Assembly: GCF_036321535.1 (NCBI RefSeq) | Contig: NC_087436.1 | Location: 111,478,001-111,542,000 of the forward strand | Length of the DNA: 64,000 bases | Reading direction: 5' to 3' | From: Camelus dromedarius | Taxonomy: Eukaryota | Shown: positions 34,659-47,740 of the stretch, in pieces | How positions within the stretch are numbered: the first letter of the stretch is position 1 | Layout: the number at the start of each line of letters is the position of its first letter | Program-made: the position numbers and the translations under genes | Notes under the pieces: model-generated | Database searches by the model: none | Told to the model about the DNA's origin: nothing | Seen by the model: only the letters and a program-made list of their open reading frames with translations

Positions 34659-36479
34659 GGTTCTGTAGACGGGAGCTGTGGAAGTAACTATGAATCCTTT
34701 TGGTGTTTTCAGTATTTAGCTCAGCTTCCAGCACAGAATGAGTGCTCAGTAATTGTTGATTATTAAAAAAATGCATGGAAGATTGCTTACACATACTCAA
34801 AACAGTAGAATGAAGTTCATGTAATTCTGCAGTAAAATAGTCATAATCTTGTAATCCTTCCTGATTCAAGGCTGTTGATAACACTAACACATATTTGTGG
34901 GAAATAGGATTTTAAAGCAGAAAGTTACACTTGGCACCACATTCTCGGATTTGGGTTAATAGCTAGATAAAGTTTGTCACGTATCAAAAGAACTTTCCAC
35001 ATGGTGAATAATGTGTTACTCCAGCTGCACTCCAGTCAATCAGCCTAAAAACAACATTGAAATAGGAGAATCTATTTTAAAGCTCTAAGCAGGCTACTGG
35101 TATGGTGAAAATATTCAGGAGCAGTTTTCCATGATTCGCCAAATGTAACTCTTCTGGTGTTTATTTTCCTGGAGGGATGTAGCTAAAAACAAAGTGAATT
35201 TTTATTTAAATAAAGGCTACAAACTTTTAAGCAATAATAGGAAGGAAGGAAGAGAAAGCTAGAATGTGAAGTCAAAGGCCAAAAAATAATGATATAGACG
35301 TAGGTGTCTATGAAATGAACATGACTGTGAGCAAAAACTTCCAAACTGCCAGACTTTCCCCAAAGCCTCAGTGATTGAGAATTTTCTAATTGAAACACAT
35401 GGAACCACAGTCTTAACACCTGTTTCATCTGCCAGCTTTTATCAAACACCTACATCTATTGCCATCTATTGCAATTTCTGTTGTGTTATCTACCTAATTA
35501 CCTATCTATCTCTTCAACTTCTGTTTTATGGTTTACTCCATTATTTCCTTTCCCATTCAGAGAAGAAGTTGGGGTGAGAGTTGCCTTATATGTGGTTGAT
35601 TTTGCATCCTGAATGGAACAGATGGTTCCTCTAAATGCACATCTGGTTGTGGACTATAAAAGAGCTCAAACTGGGCTTGCCAATGTAAAGCGAGACTTGG
35701 CTTTCCTTTTCTTTTGGGGGAAATACCCACTTTTATTGAGATTAAGAAAAATCTTCTTCTAATAAACAAATAATAGAAGTCAGAGCCTGAATTTTCAGCT
35801 TCCAACAGCCCAGTGGCTTTTTGTCCACTTTGACATGAGTTGACTTGGGGCACCATCTTGCCAACTCTGCCCTTAGTGTCACCTTCTTAACTCAAGGTGG
35901 TAGAAAGGATGGCGTCCAGGAGGGAAGGTCAGATGTTTGGGTGATGGCTTGGGCTTTGTTCTTGAACACTCAGTTACCACATCTGTTCTTTGAGATGGCT
36001 GAACTCGATCATCTTAAAATCTTCCTCAAACTCAAACTCTAAAATTCAAAGGGTTTCATGAGAATTTATTAAAAACATTTTGGTGAGTTCAAGTGATGTT
36101 TAAATTTGTTCTTGTTCATTTTGAAAAATTAATTATTTTTGCCTTAGTAAAATGCATGTTCAACTAAAACTATGCCTTTTTTAATGAAATGCATACAAGA
36201 AAAATACCTTTGTATTATATATCTCTAACTCTCCATCTTTTAACCAAACAAGTATGTTTTTAATGAGATTTTTGGTAAGATGCTGCTGCTTGGTAATCTC
36301 ATTATTATGTAATAGTAGACCAGATTGTCCAATGCTAGACGTTGGGGTCACAAAGATGAATAAAACATGGACTCTTCCCACGTTTAATCCATCCCCATAC
36401 TGTCGTTATGGGCATAGATGACACATGCAAGGTGTTTCATGTTACTCTCCTGTTTAAAACTCTTCAGTGTTGTTTTTGG

Positions 36480-37620
36480 CTTCATCTATTTACTCAACAG
36501 ATATTCATTGAGTGCTTACTGTTTGCCAGACATTGGGCTTGGTATTGGGTTACGAGTGAATGAGACAGACAGGGTACCTATCTCCATGGTGATTACTTTA
36601 CTAGTGGGAGAATTCAGGTAACAATCAGCTAAACAACAAATAAACAAGATCTTTTCAGATTACTATAAGTGCTTGAAAGAAATAGAGCAATATGTGAGAT
36701 AGTTAATCTCGGTCCTAATTTATACTTGTGGTCAAGACATCCTCTCTGGAGAGGTACCATTTGAACTGGTCCTTGAATGATGAAAAGGAGGAGACAGAGG
36801 ATACAGTGGAACCAATAGACGTAAAGGACCTGAGGTGAAAAATACCTAGATATGTTTAAAAGAAAAAAAAAAAAAAAAAAAGACAGCAACAGAAACCAGT
36901 TTCTGAAGCTTGGTAAGCAAGGAGGAGAGTAATATGAGAAAAGTCAGACAGGGACTAGATCATATAAGGACTTACAGACTATGACACTTTTTCTTAGATG
37001 CAATGGGAAGCTATTATGAGGTTTTAAGTGGTTGAGTGGCATGACTGGACTAATGTTCTAAAAGGATTATTCTGGCAGCTCTGAGAATAATGATGTGTGT
37101 ATCTGCTGGTTGGAGTGGAGAAAAGGTAGAGGCTCAGGAAAAATGGCAGAGGGAGAGAAGTCAGGAGATGACTGAGTCACAATAGTATGAGATTTTGGTG
37201 GCTTGGACTTAGGGTGGTGAAGGTGGAGAGACCTGGATAGGTTTAAGATAGAGATTGTAAATAGAGATGGTAAGACTTCTTAAAAGACTGAATGAGGGAA
37301 ATGAGAGAAAGAAAAAATAATCAAGAATAATTCCCAGGGTTTGGCTTAAGGAATGGCAGATACTGGTGTCATTTACTGAGAAGGGAAAGGCTTGAGGGAA
37401 AAGGTTTAGGAGAGAAGTTGGGATTAGAGAATTCTTGTGGACGTGACATGTTTGAGATATTTTAGCTAATTCAAGTGAAGATGTGAAGTAGACAGTTGGA
37501 TCTGGGAGAGAAGGAGGCAAATTTGGCACTTGAGAGAATATTAAATGGTATTTTTATCCAGGGGCTATGTGATGATTACCTAAGAAGAAAGAGAAGATGA
37601 ATAAAAGAAGGGGGTCCTTG
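36480..37620 (-). mobile_element. L2 LINE fragment (~1.1 kb)
   Basis: 'tactcaacagatattcattgagtgcttactgtttgccagac' 3' end followed by a typical antisense L2 body. Confidence 0.8.
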
Positions 37621-37639
37621 GACAGAGATGTAGACACAT

Positions 37640-38110
37640 CAGCGTTTTTGGTAGCTGTGATAGACACTAAGTCAAACCAACTTAAACATATAAGGAAAAA
37701 AGACAGTTTATCAGAAGGTTTCTGGGGTATTTCAAGTGACTGGAGGCCAGAACTGGAAAGGACTCTAAACATCCCTCTGTTTTCTGGCTGCTGCTTTGCC
37801 AGGCATGTTGCTTTACTCTTCTTGTTCTGAGAACAGATTGTTACGCTTCTCTCCATGCATGGCCACCACATAGCCTTTACATTTTCATCCCTGTTCAAGA
37901 GAACAGCCCGGTCTTATTGGCAGATTTTCATACCAACCCCGAATTTACCAGAGAGGATCTGACTGGCTCAGCTTGGGTCACTTGGCATCACAGTCAAAAA
38001 AACTCTGCCCAGGAGGGTCATGTGATAGAAACATGGTTGCTGGGAGCTTAATCTTGTGGATGAAGATAGCTTCTCAGAGAAAGGGGGTTCTTGTCACCTG
38101 GGCATTTACT
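37640..38110 (-). mobile_element. old MaLR LTR (MLT1J/K-like)
   Basis: 'ttttggtagctgtgatagac...aaaccaacttaaac' and 'tctgactggctcagcttgggtcac'. Confidence 0.5.
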
Positions 38111-38279
38111 GCCATCATCACCTGGGGAACACATTCTTGTTTATCTCAATTTTGCACACTTGCCACATGAAGTTCTGATAGCCACCCCCGCCCCACACCT
38201 GGTGCTGATTGGTGCTTCCATGACTTTCCTTATTTGGCTGCCTCTAATGTAAATCCGTCTTCATCACTCTTTGCCCATC

Positions 38280-38630
38280 TGTCCCGGGATGCTCAGGCTG
38301 CCACAACAAAATACCACAGACTGGATGGCTTAAACTACAGAGATTTGTTTCTCACAGTTCTTGAAAGTTCAAGATCAGGGTGCCGGTGTGGTTGATTTCT
38401 GAAGACTCTTCTCCTGGTTTGCAGGCAGTCACCTTCCCATTTTATGTGAGAGAGAGAGCAAGTTCTTTGGTGTATCTTCTTGTAAAGGGCACTAATCCCA
38501 TGGTGAAGGCTTTACTCTCATGACCTCATCTAATCTTAACTTCCTCCCAGAGTCTCCCTTTCCAAACACCATTACATTGAGGGCTACGGTTTCAACATAT
38601 GAATTTGAGGGAGATGCAGTCCATCTCATA
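38280..38630 (-). mobile_element. MaLR LTR, MLT1A-like
   Basis: 'ggctgccacaacaaaataccacagactggatggcttaaa...gggcactaatccc...catgacctcatctaatc...tttcaacatatgaattt'. Confidence 0.85.
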
Positions 38631-39881
38631 GCACTGCCTAACCCTTTCCCATCCTTCAAGGCTCAATTCCCCTACTGCTTCCTCCAGGTAGGCTTTTTAG
38701 ACTCTCCAGGGCTCTCTAAGGGCTCAGCTACTGTCCTCTCAGATGGAAAGCACCTGGGGCACCTGTGGATCGAAGCATTTACCATAGTATGTTCAGACCC
38801 CTTGCTTACATCCTGCCTCCCCTCCAGGGCAGGGGCTGTGTTGGATTCATTACTGAATCCCCAGATTCTGGCACACAGTAGGCTTTCAAAATGGTGTTAG
38901 AGCTCAAGAAATAGCTAGTTGAGGAGACAGCTTCAATGAATAAATCGTGATACAGTCTGATGTGTACAATGATGGAAGCAGGTTCAAGGTCAGAGAAGAG
39001 AGATGATTAATTCTACCTCCTGGAGTGGGGGATGATTGCTCAGGGGCTGTGACTCTGAGCTGGGTCCTGGAGGGTGTTTAGAAGCTGGTCCTTCAGACAT
39101 TGATGTGTGTGGTGCTGGGGCAGAGGATGAGTTAGCCACTCTAGGACCTTCCGTGGTGTTGTGAACATAAAGAGAGCTATGTCACAATCCCTGCCTGTGG
39201 GAAGTGCATTTTAATTAGACAGATGGGTGTGAAATGAATCAGAAAGCAGGGCTGCCAGAACTAAGTGTGGAATTATTTGCTATTTGCTGATAAGAAAGCC
39301 AACCAGTAATGCCACGGTAGCTTGTGGCAGAGAAACAAATATATCTGCAAAATGATTCGAAGAGGGCTCACCCAGCCTCTTCTCCCTGCCTGTGTGAGAA
39401 GTCCTAGGAAGGCCTGATCAGAGAAAGGCACTGACCAGCCAGAGGAGGATTAAAGAGAGTAGAATCTATGGACAGGAAATGCCCATCCTTAATTTTTTTG
39501 ACCACTGGGTACCACTCAGTAGTAGTACTTTATTCATAAAATACTGGTGGTAATAACATCTCCACCAACCATCACTGTGATTGTGCTTGTTGTTTGAACC
39601 ATGTAAAGCACATCACACACACTGTCTCACTTAGTCCTCAGAATGACTGTACGAGGTAGGCAGTTGGTGGGTACCTAGAGAAAATTCTCATTTTCCATCT
39701 GAGGAAAATGGGGCTCATTTAAAGTGAAGGGATTTGTAATTCTCCTCCCCCAACATTCCTGGCTGATCTTGCTCATCTCAGGTCTCTGCTTAAATGTGAT
39801 TCCTCAGATGGGTCTATTCTTACCACCTAGTCTCAAGCCTTCTCTCTCTGGGCTTTCTCACGGCAGCCTGTTTTTGTACTT

Positions 39882-40490
39882 TGTATTGGTTTTCTACTGC
39901 TGTGTAACAAATTGCCACAAACTTAAGGCAACACACGTTTTGTAAGCAGCTTTTGGCAGGAAAGAGCTCTCTGCAGGAGGCACCTTTTGTCTTGCCACTA
40001 ATCTTAAACCAGGCACACCCTCCCATGCCTTTCTTTTGATCACACAATACCTTGCCTAACATGTTGGTTCTTTCTTAGATCAAAGAAGTAGAAATGGAGA
40101 ATAAGTAATAAACAGATGACCAGATCTCTTCCTAGCCTCCCCTTCAGTAATCTCACGAACAAACTGTGAACAAGATAGCAACTAAGGAAAGTTCACAAGG
40201 AATTGACAAGCCTGCACGCAGCAGGAGCTGGCAATGACTCTGACCCCCGATCTCAATGACCAACTGAGATTACTTCCCTATGTTCTCTTTAAAAATTTTC
40301 ATGTCTGAACAGACTCTTTGAAGATGGTCTTTGGGGGACACTGAGTCCACCATCTTCCCCGATTGCTGGCATTCTGATTAAAAGCAGCTTTCCTTTCTAT
40401 AACGTTGCATCTCTCGAATGTTGATTTTTGAGTGTTGAGCAGCCAGACCACATTTAGTAACAATTTATTACCCCATAGTTTCTGTGGGTT
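39882..40490 (-). mobile_element. MLT1 LTR remnant split by an ERV1 LTR
   Basis: 'tgtattggttttctactgctgtgtaacaaattgccacaaactta...acacac|...|atttattaccccatagtttctgtggg'. Confidence 0.7.
39941..40462 (+). mobile_element. ERV1-class solo LTR (522 bp)
   Basis: tgtaa...taaca termini with a 4-bp TSD (gttt/attt). TATA-like tttaaaaa at ~40288 and poly(A) signal attaaa at ~40377. Confidence 0.85.
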
Positions 40491-43010
40491 GGTACCAGTT
40501 GCTGGAAAGAGCCTGGTACTTGGTAGGTGCCCAGTAATCATGTGTTGATTGAATGAATGTCTCACTCAGGCTCTCACTGCTATTTATCAAGTCGGTGTGT
40601 CAGCAAAACCTTCCATCTTTTCAATACAGTAACTCCCTCCCATAAGCATAAGAAAGAAAAAGATGAAATACTGTGTGGGAGGAACCATTGTGCTGTCTGG
40701 TGAAAGTCACTCGAGACTCTGTTCCTCTCAAGACTGTCAAGTTAAAATGTGGATTGCTTGGCAGAATGTTGTCTCCTGGAGCACGGAGAACTGACTTTGG
40801 TGTCCACTAACTGGTGTAATGAATTTTCTTCCTCTTTTCTATTTGTCATCATTATAATTGAAAGAGCTCAAATTCTCTCTTCTAAGGTTTGAAAAAAATT
40901 GAGAAAAAAAGTACTTTCATCCTCTCATGAACTTCTTAGCCTTGGAAGATATGAAAGCCAGTCAGGATTTAATAAAGAAAATACCTGTTATGGTATAGTG
41001 GAAACGTCAGATGGAGTAGCTTCGAACCCTTGTGCCAACTGTAGCTCTGTGACTTTAGGGAAATTTCATAACCTCTCTGGACCTCAAGGTTCTCACCTTA
41101 AAATGCTTCCTTCAAGTCAGGGTTGTGGTGGGTTTTAAGAGAGATTGTGCGTATGGAGCTGCTGGTACTTTTTAGGCTCTTAAAAAATGACAGCTACTTT
41201 CCTTTCTCGTTGTAGACTATAGAAGAATAAAATAACTTTAAAGTAATGAGAAAATGAAATGTGCAGAGAAAGCGGGAACTATAGCTACACTTCCCGGGCC
41301 TGGGTTAGAGAGAAACGTGCCCTAGAGCTCTGGCTCAGGGGTGGGGAGGAGGGGACAACCTGACAAATTCTACCCTCCAAACACCGGGGAGGGGATGTTT
41401 GCTTTTGGGTTCTGCTGAGATCAGAGCAGTCCTCAGCTTAGCTGAATTTTTGTTCTATTATTCACTGGGGTGTTCCAGAAGCAGGCGAGGAGAGTGCTCT
41501 TTGGCAGAAGCCATCAGAACACAGCAGACTTAGAGAGGATGCTGTATTTCTGCTGTTCCTTCTCCATCCAACAGCCTGGAGCAGAGGGCCCACACGTCAC
41601 GATAAAGTCTGAAACGTGAGCCTCTGTTTTGTTCTCTTGGTTTTCTCTCTCTCTGTTTCAAGATCACTGAGACTCCCACTTCTTTTGTTCCTGGGAAATG
41701 TGCTTCAAAGTTTATTTTTCTAAGAGGTAACACATTAAAATGATGCAAAATTCAAAAGGCATACAAGATATAAAGGGAAAAGAGAGACATTTAAGTAGAT
41801 GACAGTTTTTTTATCTGAAAAAAACTAGGCAATTTTGTTTGATACACAGTGTAGCTGCACTTGTTTCAGAGTAAATATAACGTCTATCTTCTGCTCGGAA
41901 AGGATGTCCTGCGGGGGGTCGATTGTGTCCAGCGGGTCTTCTGACACCACCCGACACAGAGCCTCAGGATTCAGGAGGCTAACCTCTTCACTGAGTGTTC
42001 AGTGTCTTACCTTTGTTAGAAACTAAGTGAATCAGTGAACATCATGTAGCCCATGTTGGCTGATTGGAAAGGAAAAAAAAGTTTTTTTATTTTGTTGACG
42101 TTTAAACAATTAACAATAATTTTTTTTTTTGGTCAAGGTTTAACAGTTGAATAACTTATTCAGTGGAAGGTTTACTTCCACATTCTGACAATAAAAACAA
42201 ATTCAATTCTAGGTTCAACTAATTACTTGTCAAATGCTTTAAAAATGTAACGTGTTTATATAAAAGCTCAACAACTATAATGGGGTGTTTGTTTTGGTTT
42301 TGTTTTCTTATGAGCAGGGACTCCAATTTTCCTTTTGACTAACTGGATGAAATAAAGTAATAACATTGATTTTTATTATAGGATGTTAAGTACCTGATGA
42401 AATGGCATGATACTTAAACTAAAATGTTGTCTACAGGTTGGATTTTCCCCAATTCTAATTGATGTGTGAAGGCAATTAAAGTGCTTACCAGATTCTGGTA
42501 CTTGAGTTTTAATCTAGAAACCTCAAAATTCACCTTCATTTCTATTTTTTTCCCAGCCAAACAGCTTCACCTTAAATTGCATCGTTCCTTTCCATTGCAA
42601 CTTAGAGTTCTTTACTCTAGATAATGACATCAGTTTTATGTTTTTTTTTGAAAAATAATTTATTTATTGAAATAGCTAAAGTTGTACCTTGAGTTAGAGT
42701 TGCCTACATACACTTATATTTGTTTGGTTCAAAATTTTATGTAAGTACTCATAGATTCAGAAATTCTAACAAACTGAAGCACTTAAGTCTTTGTTTATCT
42801 ATAAAGTTGGGATATAAGTAGTGGCTTCATAGATTTGTTGAAAGGATAAAGTGACATATCTATGTAGCATGCTTAGAATAGTGCCTGGCACAAAATCAGT
42901 CTACAAGGGTGTGATGATGGTGATGGTGATGGTGATGTTCAGTGGCAGTAGGAGAACTTGTAATGGTGAAGGATCAGGACAATGGAAGATTTCTAGAACA
43001 AGGTGATATT

Positions 43011-44099
43011 AAAAATAATTAATTATTCTAACTTCTTTATTGAAGTATAGTCAGTTTATAATGTCATGTCAATTTCTGGTGTACAGCACAATGCTTCATT
43101 CATACATGAATATACATATATTCTTTTTCATATTCTTTTTCACCATAAGCTACAAGATATCGAATATAGTTCCCTGTGCTGTAAAGTATAAACTTATTTA
43201 TCTATTTTATATATCCCTGTCCGTATCTGCAAATCTTGACCTCCCAGTTTATCCCTTCCCACCCACTTCCCTGCTGGTAACCATAAGTTTGTTTTCTATG
43301 TCTGTGAGTCTGTTTCCGTTTTGTAAATAAGTTCGTCTTTGTTTTTTCTGTTTTTTTTTTTTAAGATTCCACATATTAGTGATCTCATATGGTATTTTTC
43401 TTTCTCTTTCTGGCTTACTTCACTTAGAATGACATTCTCCAGGGCTATCCATGTTGCTGCAAATGGCATTATTTTATTAATTTTTAAGGCTAAATAGTAT
43501 ACCATTGTATAAATACCTGAAATTTCTTTATCCAGTCATCTGTTGATGGACATTTAGGTTGTTTCTATGTCTTGGTTATTGTAAATAGTGCTGCTATGAA
43601 CACTGGAGTGCAGGTGTCTTTTTGAATTAAGGTTCCCTCTGGATATTTGCCCAGGATTGGGATTGCTGGGTCATATGGTAAGTCTGTTTTTAGTCTTTTG
43701 AGGAATCTCCATACTGTTTCCATAATGGCTGCACCAGACTGCACTCCTACCAATAGTGCAGGAGGGTTCCCTTTCCTCCACAGCCTCTCCAGCATTTGTC
43801 ATTTGTGGACTTTTGAATGATAGCCTTTCTGACTGGTGTGAGGTGATACCTCATTGTAGTTTTGACTTGCATTTCTCTGATGATTAGCAATATTGAGCAT
43901 TTTTTCACGAGCCTATGATCATTTGCATGTCTTCATTGGAGAACTGCCTGTTTAGGTCTTCTGCCTTTTTTTGGATCGGGTTGTTCGTTTTTTTCTTATT
44001 AAGTTGTATGAGCTATTTATATATTCTGGAAATCAAGCCCTTGGCAGTCTCATCTTTTGCAAATATTTTCTCCCATTGCGTAGGTTGTCATTTTGTTTT
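43011..44099 (-). mobile_element. Young L1, 5'-truncated (~1.09 kb)
   Basis: Perfect 15-bp TSD gaacaaggtgatatt (42996-43010 and 44100-44114). ORF2 C-terminal peptides TVWRFLKRLKTDLPYDPAIPILG and YYLALKINKIMPFAATW. Confidence 0.95.
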
Positions 44100-44379
44100 G
44101 AACAAGGTGATATTTTGAAGCTGGAGAAAGAAGAGAGAAAGGACAAGTGAAGCAGAGGAAAGGCACAAAAGGGCAAACACAGTAGAAGGTGCCCACAGTG
44201 TTGGTGGGAAGGGAAGGGGCAGAGGTGGAGAAGACTAAGAGTAGGCTCAGCTAATGCACTTAAAATTCATCCTAAAAATCGAGGGGAACCATTAAGGGAC
44301 TCTCAATGCTAAATGAGATAGTCAGATACGGGTTAGCATTTATCCTAAAGAAATGTTTAACATTCCTTGGTGCTTTACG

Positions 44380-44800
44380 CAAGGGACCAAATATGTCTGT
44401 TCGAGAATGCTCATATGTGCTGCCCATAATCTCAAAAATTTGGAAACCACCTAAATGTTCAGCAATAGAGAATGAATTAAATAGTTTACGCCAAATTCAT
44501 GATGATGTTTATGTGCTTTTATGTATTAACATGAAAAGTTGTGCATGATACTTCACTGAGTCTCTAAAATTGTTATATCTTGGTATCGCTTTGTAAAAAT
44601 ATGTATGTAGATATGTGTTGGCATATGGGGAAAGTCTGGAAGGATCTACACCAACATATGATGATTGTATGTTAATAATGCTAATAATGATTATCTCTTG
44701 GTTGTGGAATTCTGGGTGATTTAAAACCTTAAATCATTTTTTATTTTTCTTATCTATTTTTTCCAGTCAGCTTATAATGAATACAAATTAGTGATTTGAT
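44380..44800 (+). mobile_element. old L1ME-like 3' fragment
   Basis: 'aaaatttggaaaccacctaaatgttcagcaatagagaatg' and 'gaaagtctggaaggatctacacc...ttatctcttgg'. Confidence 0.65.
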
Positions 44801-46299
44801 TGAAATAACAAAAGGAAAGGCTAGTGCTTCTATTCTGTGGTACTAATGGTATTCATAAGTGAAGGGAAAAAAATTCTTTTGTACCAGAGAGAACAATTTC
44901 ACGAGCGGGGCTGGGAAGGCAGATTGGAGTGAGTGGGAGGTGAGGAAATGGAGAGTCAGCACAACTGCCTGGAATTAAGGGATGAAAAGAAACCCTGCAG
45001 CCTCTGGAGGAGTGGGGCGCAGGGAGGATTTGGGGAAGGCGGGGGAGGGGAGCCTGACAAGCCTACACCCTACTGTGTTCTTCCTCCCGGAACCCCACCT
45101 CCCTTCTCCGCTTCCTTAGTGAGACAAATCTCACTATGGAGACAGGCCCTCAGCCGGCCTGCTGCCAGCATACTGTGACCTTCTTAAGCACACTGCCCAA
45201 TTTTGATCAAAGTGTAAAAACGTATTTTTGCTACAACTGCGTATACCATGGCAAGGCCCATAGGGTGGGGATGTGTGCGCCAGTCTAATATAAACAAATC
45301 CATGTCACTTCTTAATTTTGTTATACTTAGCCACAGCATTACACACACTCATCTTGAGTCTCAAGACACAGGTATGGGTTCCATTTGTATCATTTATTAG
45401 CCTGGTTGTAATTTGGGGCAAATCCTGGAACCAATAAGGACTTCACATTCTCTGATGGTCAAAGAAGAGTGTAAGTAAAAATGCATATCATGGAGGGTAG
45501 TTTGAGGTTTCAAAGCTGTATAACGTAGGAGAAGGTGCTCAGGGAGCTCCAACTGTGACAAATGCTCCTGGAGAACCTCAGACGTGCTAGGGGATGTCAC
45601 CTGATGAGCTCCAGGCTGGAAGTGAAGTGACCTGCAGATGTGATGCTCACGCGGGGTCTACAGGGTGCCCGGAGCTGCTGGTGACCAGGGTCTCTCCCAC
45701 TGCGCTCTCCCATGGGATTCGCATGCATGTGGCTTGTGTCTATTTGTGTGTTTTGAAGTTTAAGTCAGTGACTTAAACTTTTTTTTTTTTGACACTTGAA
45801 GTCATTGATTTATTGAGGTCACAGTTTATAGATTGTTTAGACATTGAGTCCCAGGAACTGATTCATTGAGGGTTTGGGGGTAAATTCCACAGTGATTTTT
45901 CAGAAATCATGAGGATTTTTTTTTTATTGCTGGCTTGTGGTTTTTTGTGGCCTGGACCTTTCCACGTCTGCCTCTGAGAGGGGGCAGTAGAGGATGATGG
46001 TCTGTGACTGACTTGGGGGTGACAACTGAAGGGTTAATGTTAGTGCTCACACAGTGCTTCATGCACTAGAAAATGCTCTTCCGTTATAACACGTGGTTCC
46101 AGTCATCCCACCATCCTCAGGAAGTGGTCATCCTTTCTGCTGCTCAGGGTGATGGAAAGAAGAATGGGGACCTTGACTTGCTGACTTGGGCCGGGCATAC
46201 TTTTTTGCTAGAAAATTAACAGAAAACTTGTGGATAAGGTTCATTCCATAGTATACCAGTATCTCTGGGTGAGTTTTGACTTTTTAGGTGCTTTCACGG

Positions 46300-47008
46300 A
46301 ATAATTACCACCACTTACAAGTGTGGCAAACATCACTCTGAATGCTTTACATATAATCATCAGTTTAATCCTCACAACAGCCTTTTGGCATAGTGTGTGG
46401 TCGGGCCACCCAAGATGGCTCTTCTCTTGTTCTCTGTACATTCCCTAGTCAACCAGGGCTGGCTTTACCTACACGCAACATGCAGGACTGAGCGTCTGTC
46501 CTCCACTCTTGCCCCAGGCCCCAGCTGGTGACTGTTCTTATCAAAGGGGTGGTGAGGGGTGTGCCCCTCTGCTGGTTCACTTGGTAAGCAATGAGCCAAC
46601 CTGATGTCAATTCCCTCTATAACTGGTAACCTCCCTCTGCCTCCCAGGAGTGAAGACCGCCACCATGCCCTGCCCATCCTTCATTGGCTGGACACGTGGA
46701 GTCACTCCAGGACCTTGCTTCAGATGTGGAAGCTCCCCGGTCCATTAAACCATTGGCTGCTCTGTCACTGACTCTGGGCTTGCTCTTCAGCCTCAAAGCT
46801 GGGCGAGCGTAGCCCTTTAGTCCTGCAGGGTGCAGCCCAACACACAGGATTTTTGCTTTTGTCTGTTTCAAACGAGGAATGCGAGGCATGGACAGGTTCA
46901 CTTCCTTGCCCGCAATCATGTAGCTAGGAAGTAGCTGAGGTGGGGTCTGAACGTAGTCAGTCTGGATCTTGAATCTGAGTTTTTAACCCTAATGCTAAGT
47001 TGCCTCCT
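46300..47008 (-). mobile_element. MIR SINE split by an ERVL LTR
   Basis: 'tttaatcctcacaacagcc' before 46394, resuming 'gaggaatgcgaggcatggacaggttcacttccttgccc' after 46847. Confidence 0.75.
46394..46842 (+). mobile_element. ERVL-class solo LTR (MER54/MER73/MER74-like)
   Basis: TG start and 'ctgcagggtgcagcccaaca' end, 5-bp TSD catag/cacag, attaaa at ~46744. Confidence 0.8.
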
Positions 47009-47226
47009 AAATTTAATCTTCACGATGGTCTTTGAAATAGTCAAGACAGATGTTACGACTATCTTGTTTGGGGCTAAGAAATTCAAGTTTCGGTGAACTT
47101 AAGTGACTCGATCCAGTTAAAGTCAGTGGCCCAGAGTCTGCAAAATCTAGTGCAAATCTCTCTTTTCTGCATTAGACCTTGATTAATTCTTTTGACTGCC
47201 GGGAGACAGATGCAACTCAAAGGGCT

Positions 47227-47740
47227 TTATGTGGGGTCCACAGACATTTGGCAGATTCCTGCTCCAAGGCCCCTCCAGTGTCCAGTTCCTGCCTTTTAAA
47301 GATAACAGAGAACATTCCTTTCTTAATATGTACCTGCCTTAGCTGATCTAACTACTCTAGACATTGATCAACCTCCCAATGGCTGGAGGCCTAGCCACCA
47401 GGACCAGTCACAACCTCCTATCAAAATCCCTAGCCCTACTCTTTCATACCCGCTCCCTTCCCTGTTCCCTCAACATCAACCAGTCAGAGAACTGTGCACT
47501 AGCTGATCATTCACCCTGTGACCTGCTTTGTGCCTGATGTCACGTAAGCACAAGGAGTTTTTAAAGGTTTCCCTCTCTTGTAAAAGACCTCAGCAGCTGA
47601 CTCGGAGCACACAGGCACCTCCCATCTGTGGCCGCTGCTGCCTATAGCAGTGTATCTAATAATCTCCTTTTCTCTCTAAATCCTTTGTCTTTGGTAAATT
47701 CTTTCACCACTCGCACACCAGCCGGCTGAATTCCACAACA
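47227..47740 (+). mobile_element. ERV1-class solo LTR (MER34/MER39-like)
   Basis: Imperfect inverted termini (ttatgtgg.../...ccacaaca) and a U5-like 'ggtaaattctttcacc'. About 510 bp. TSD unclear. Confidence 0.7.
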
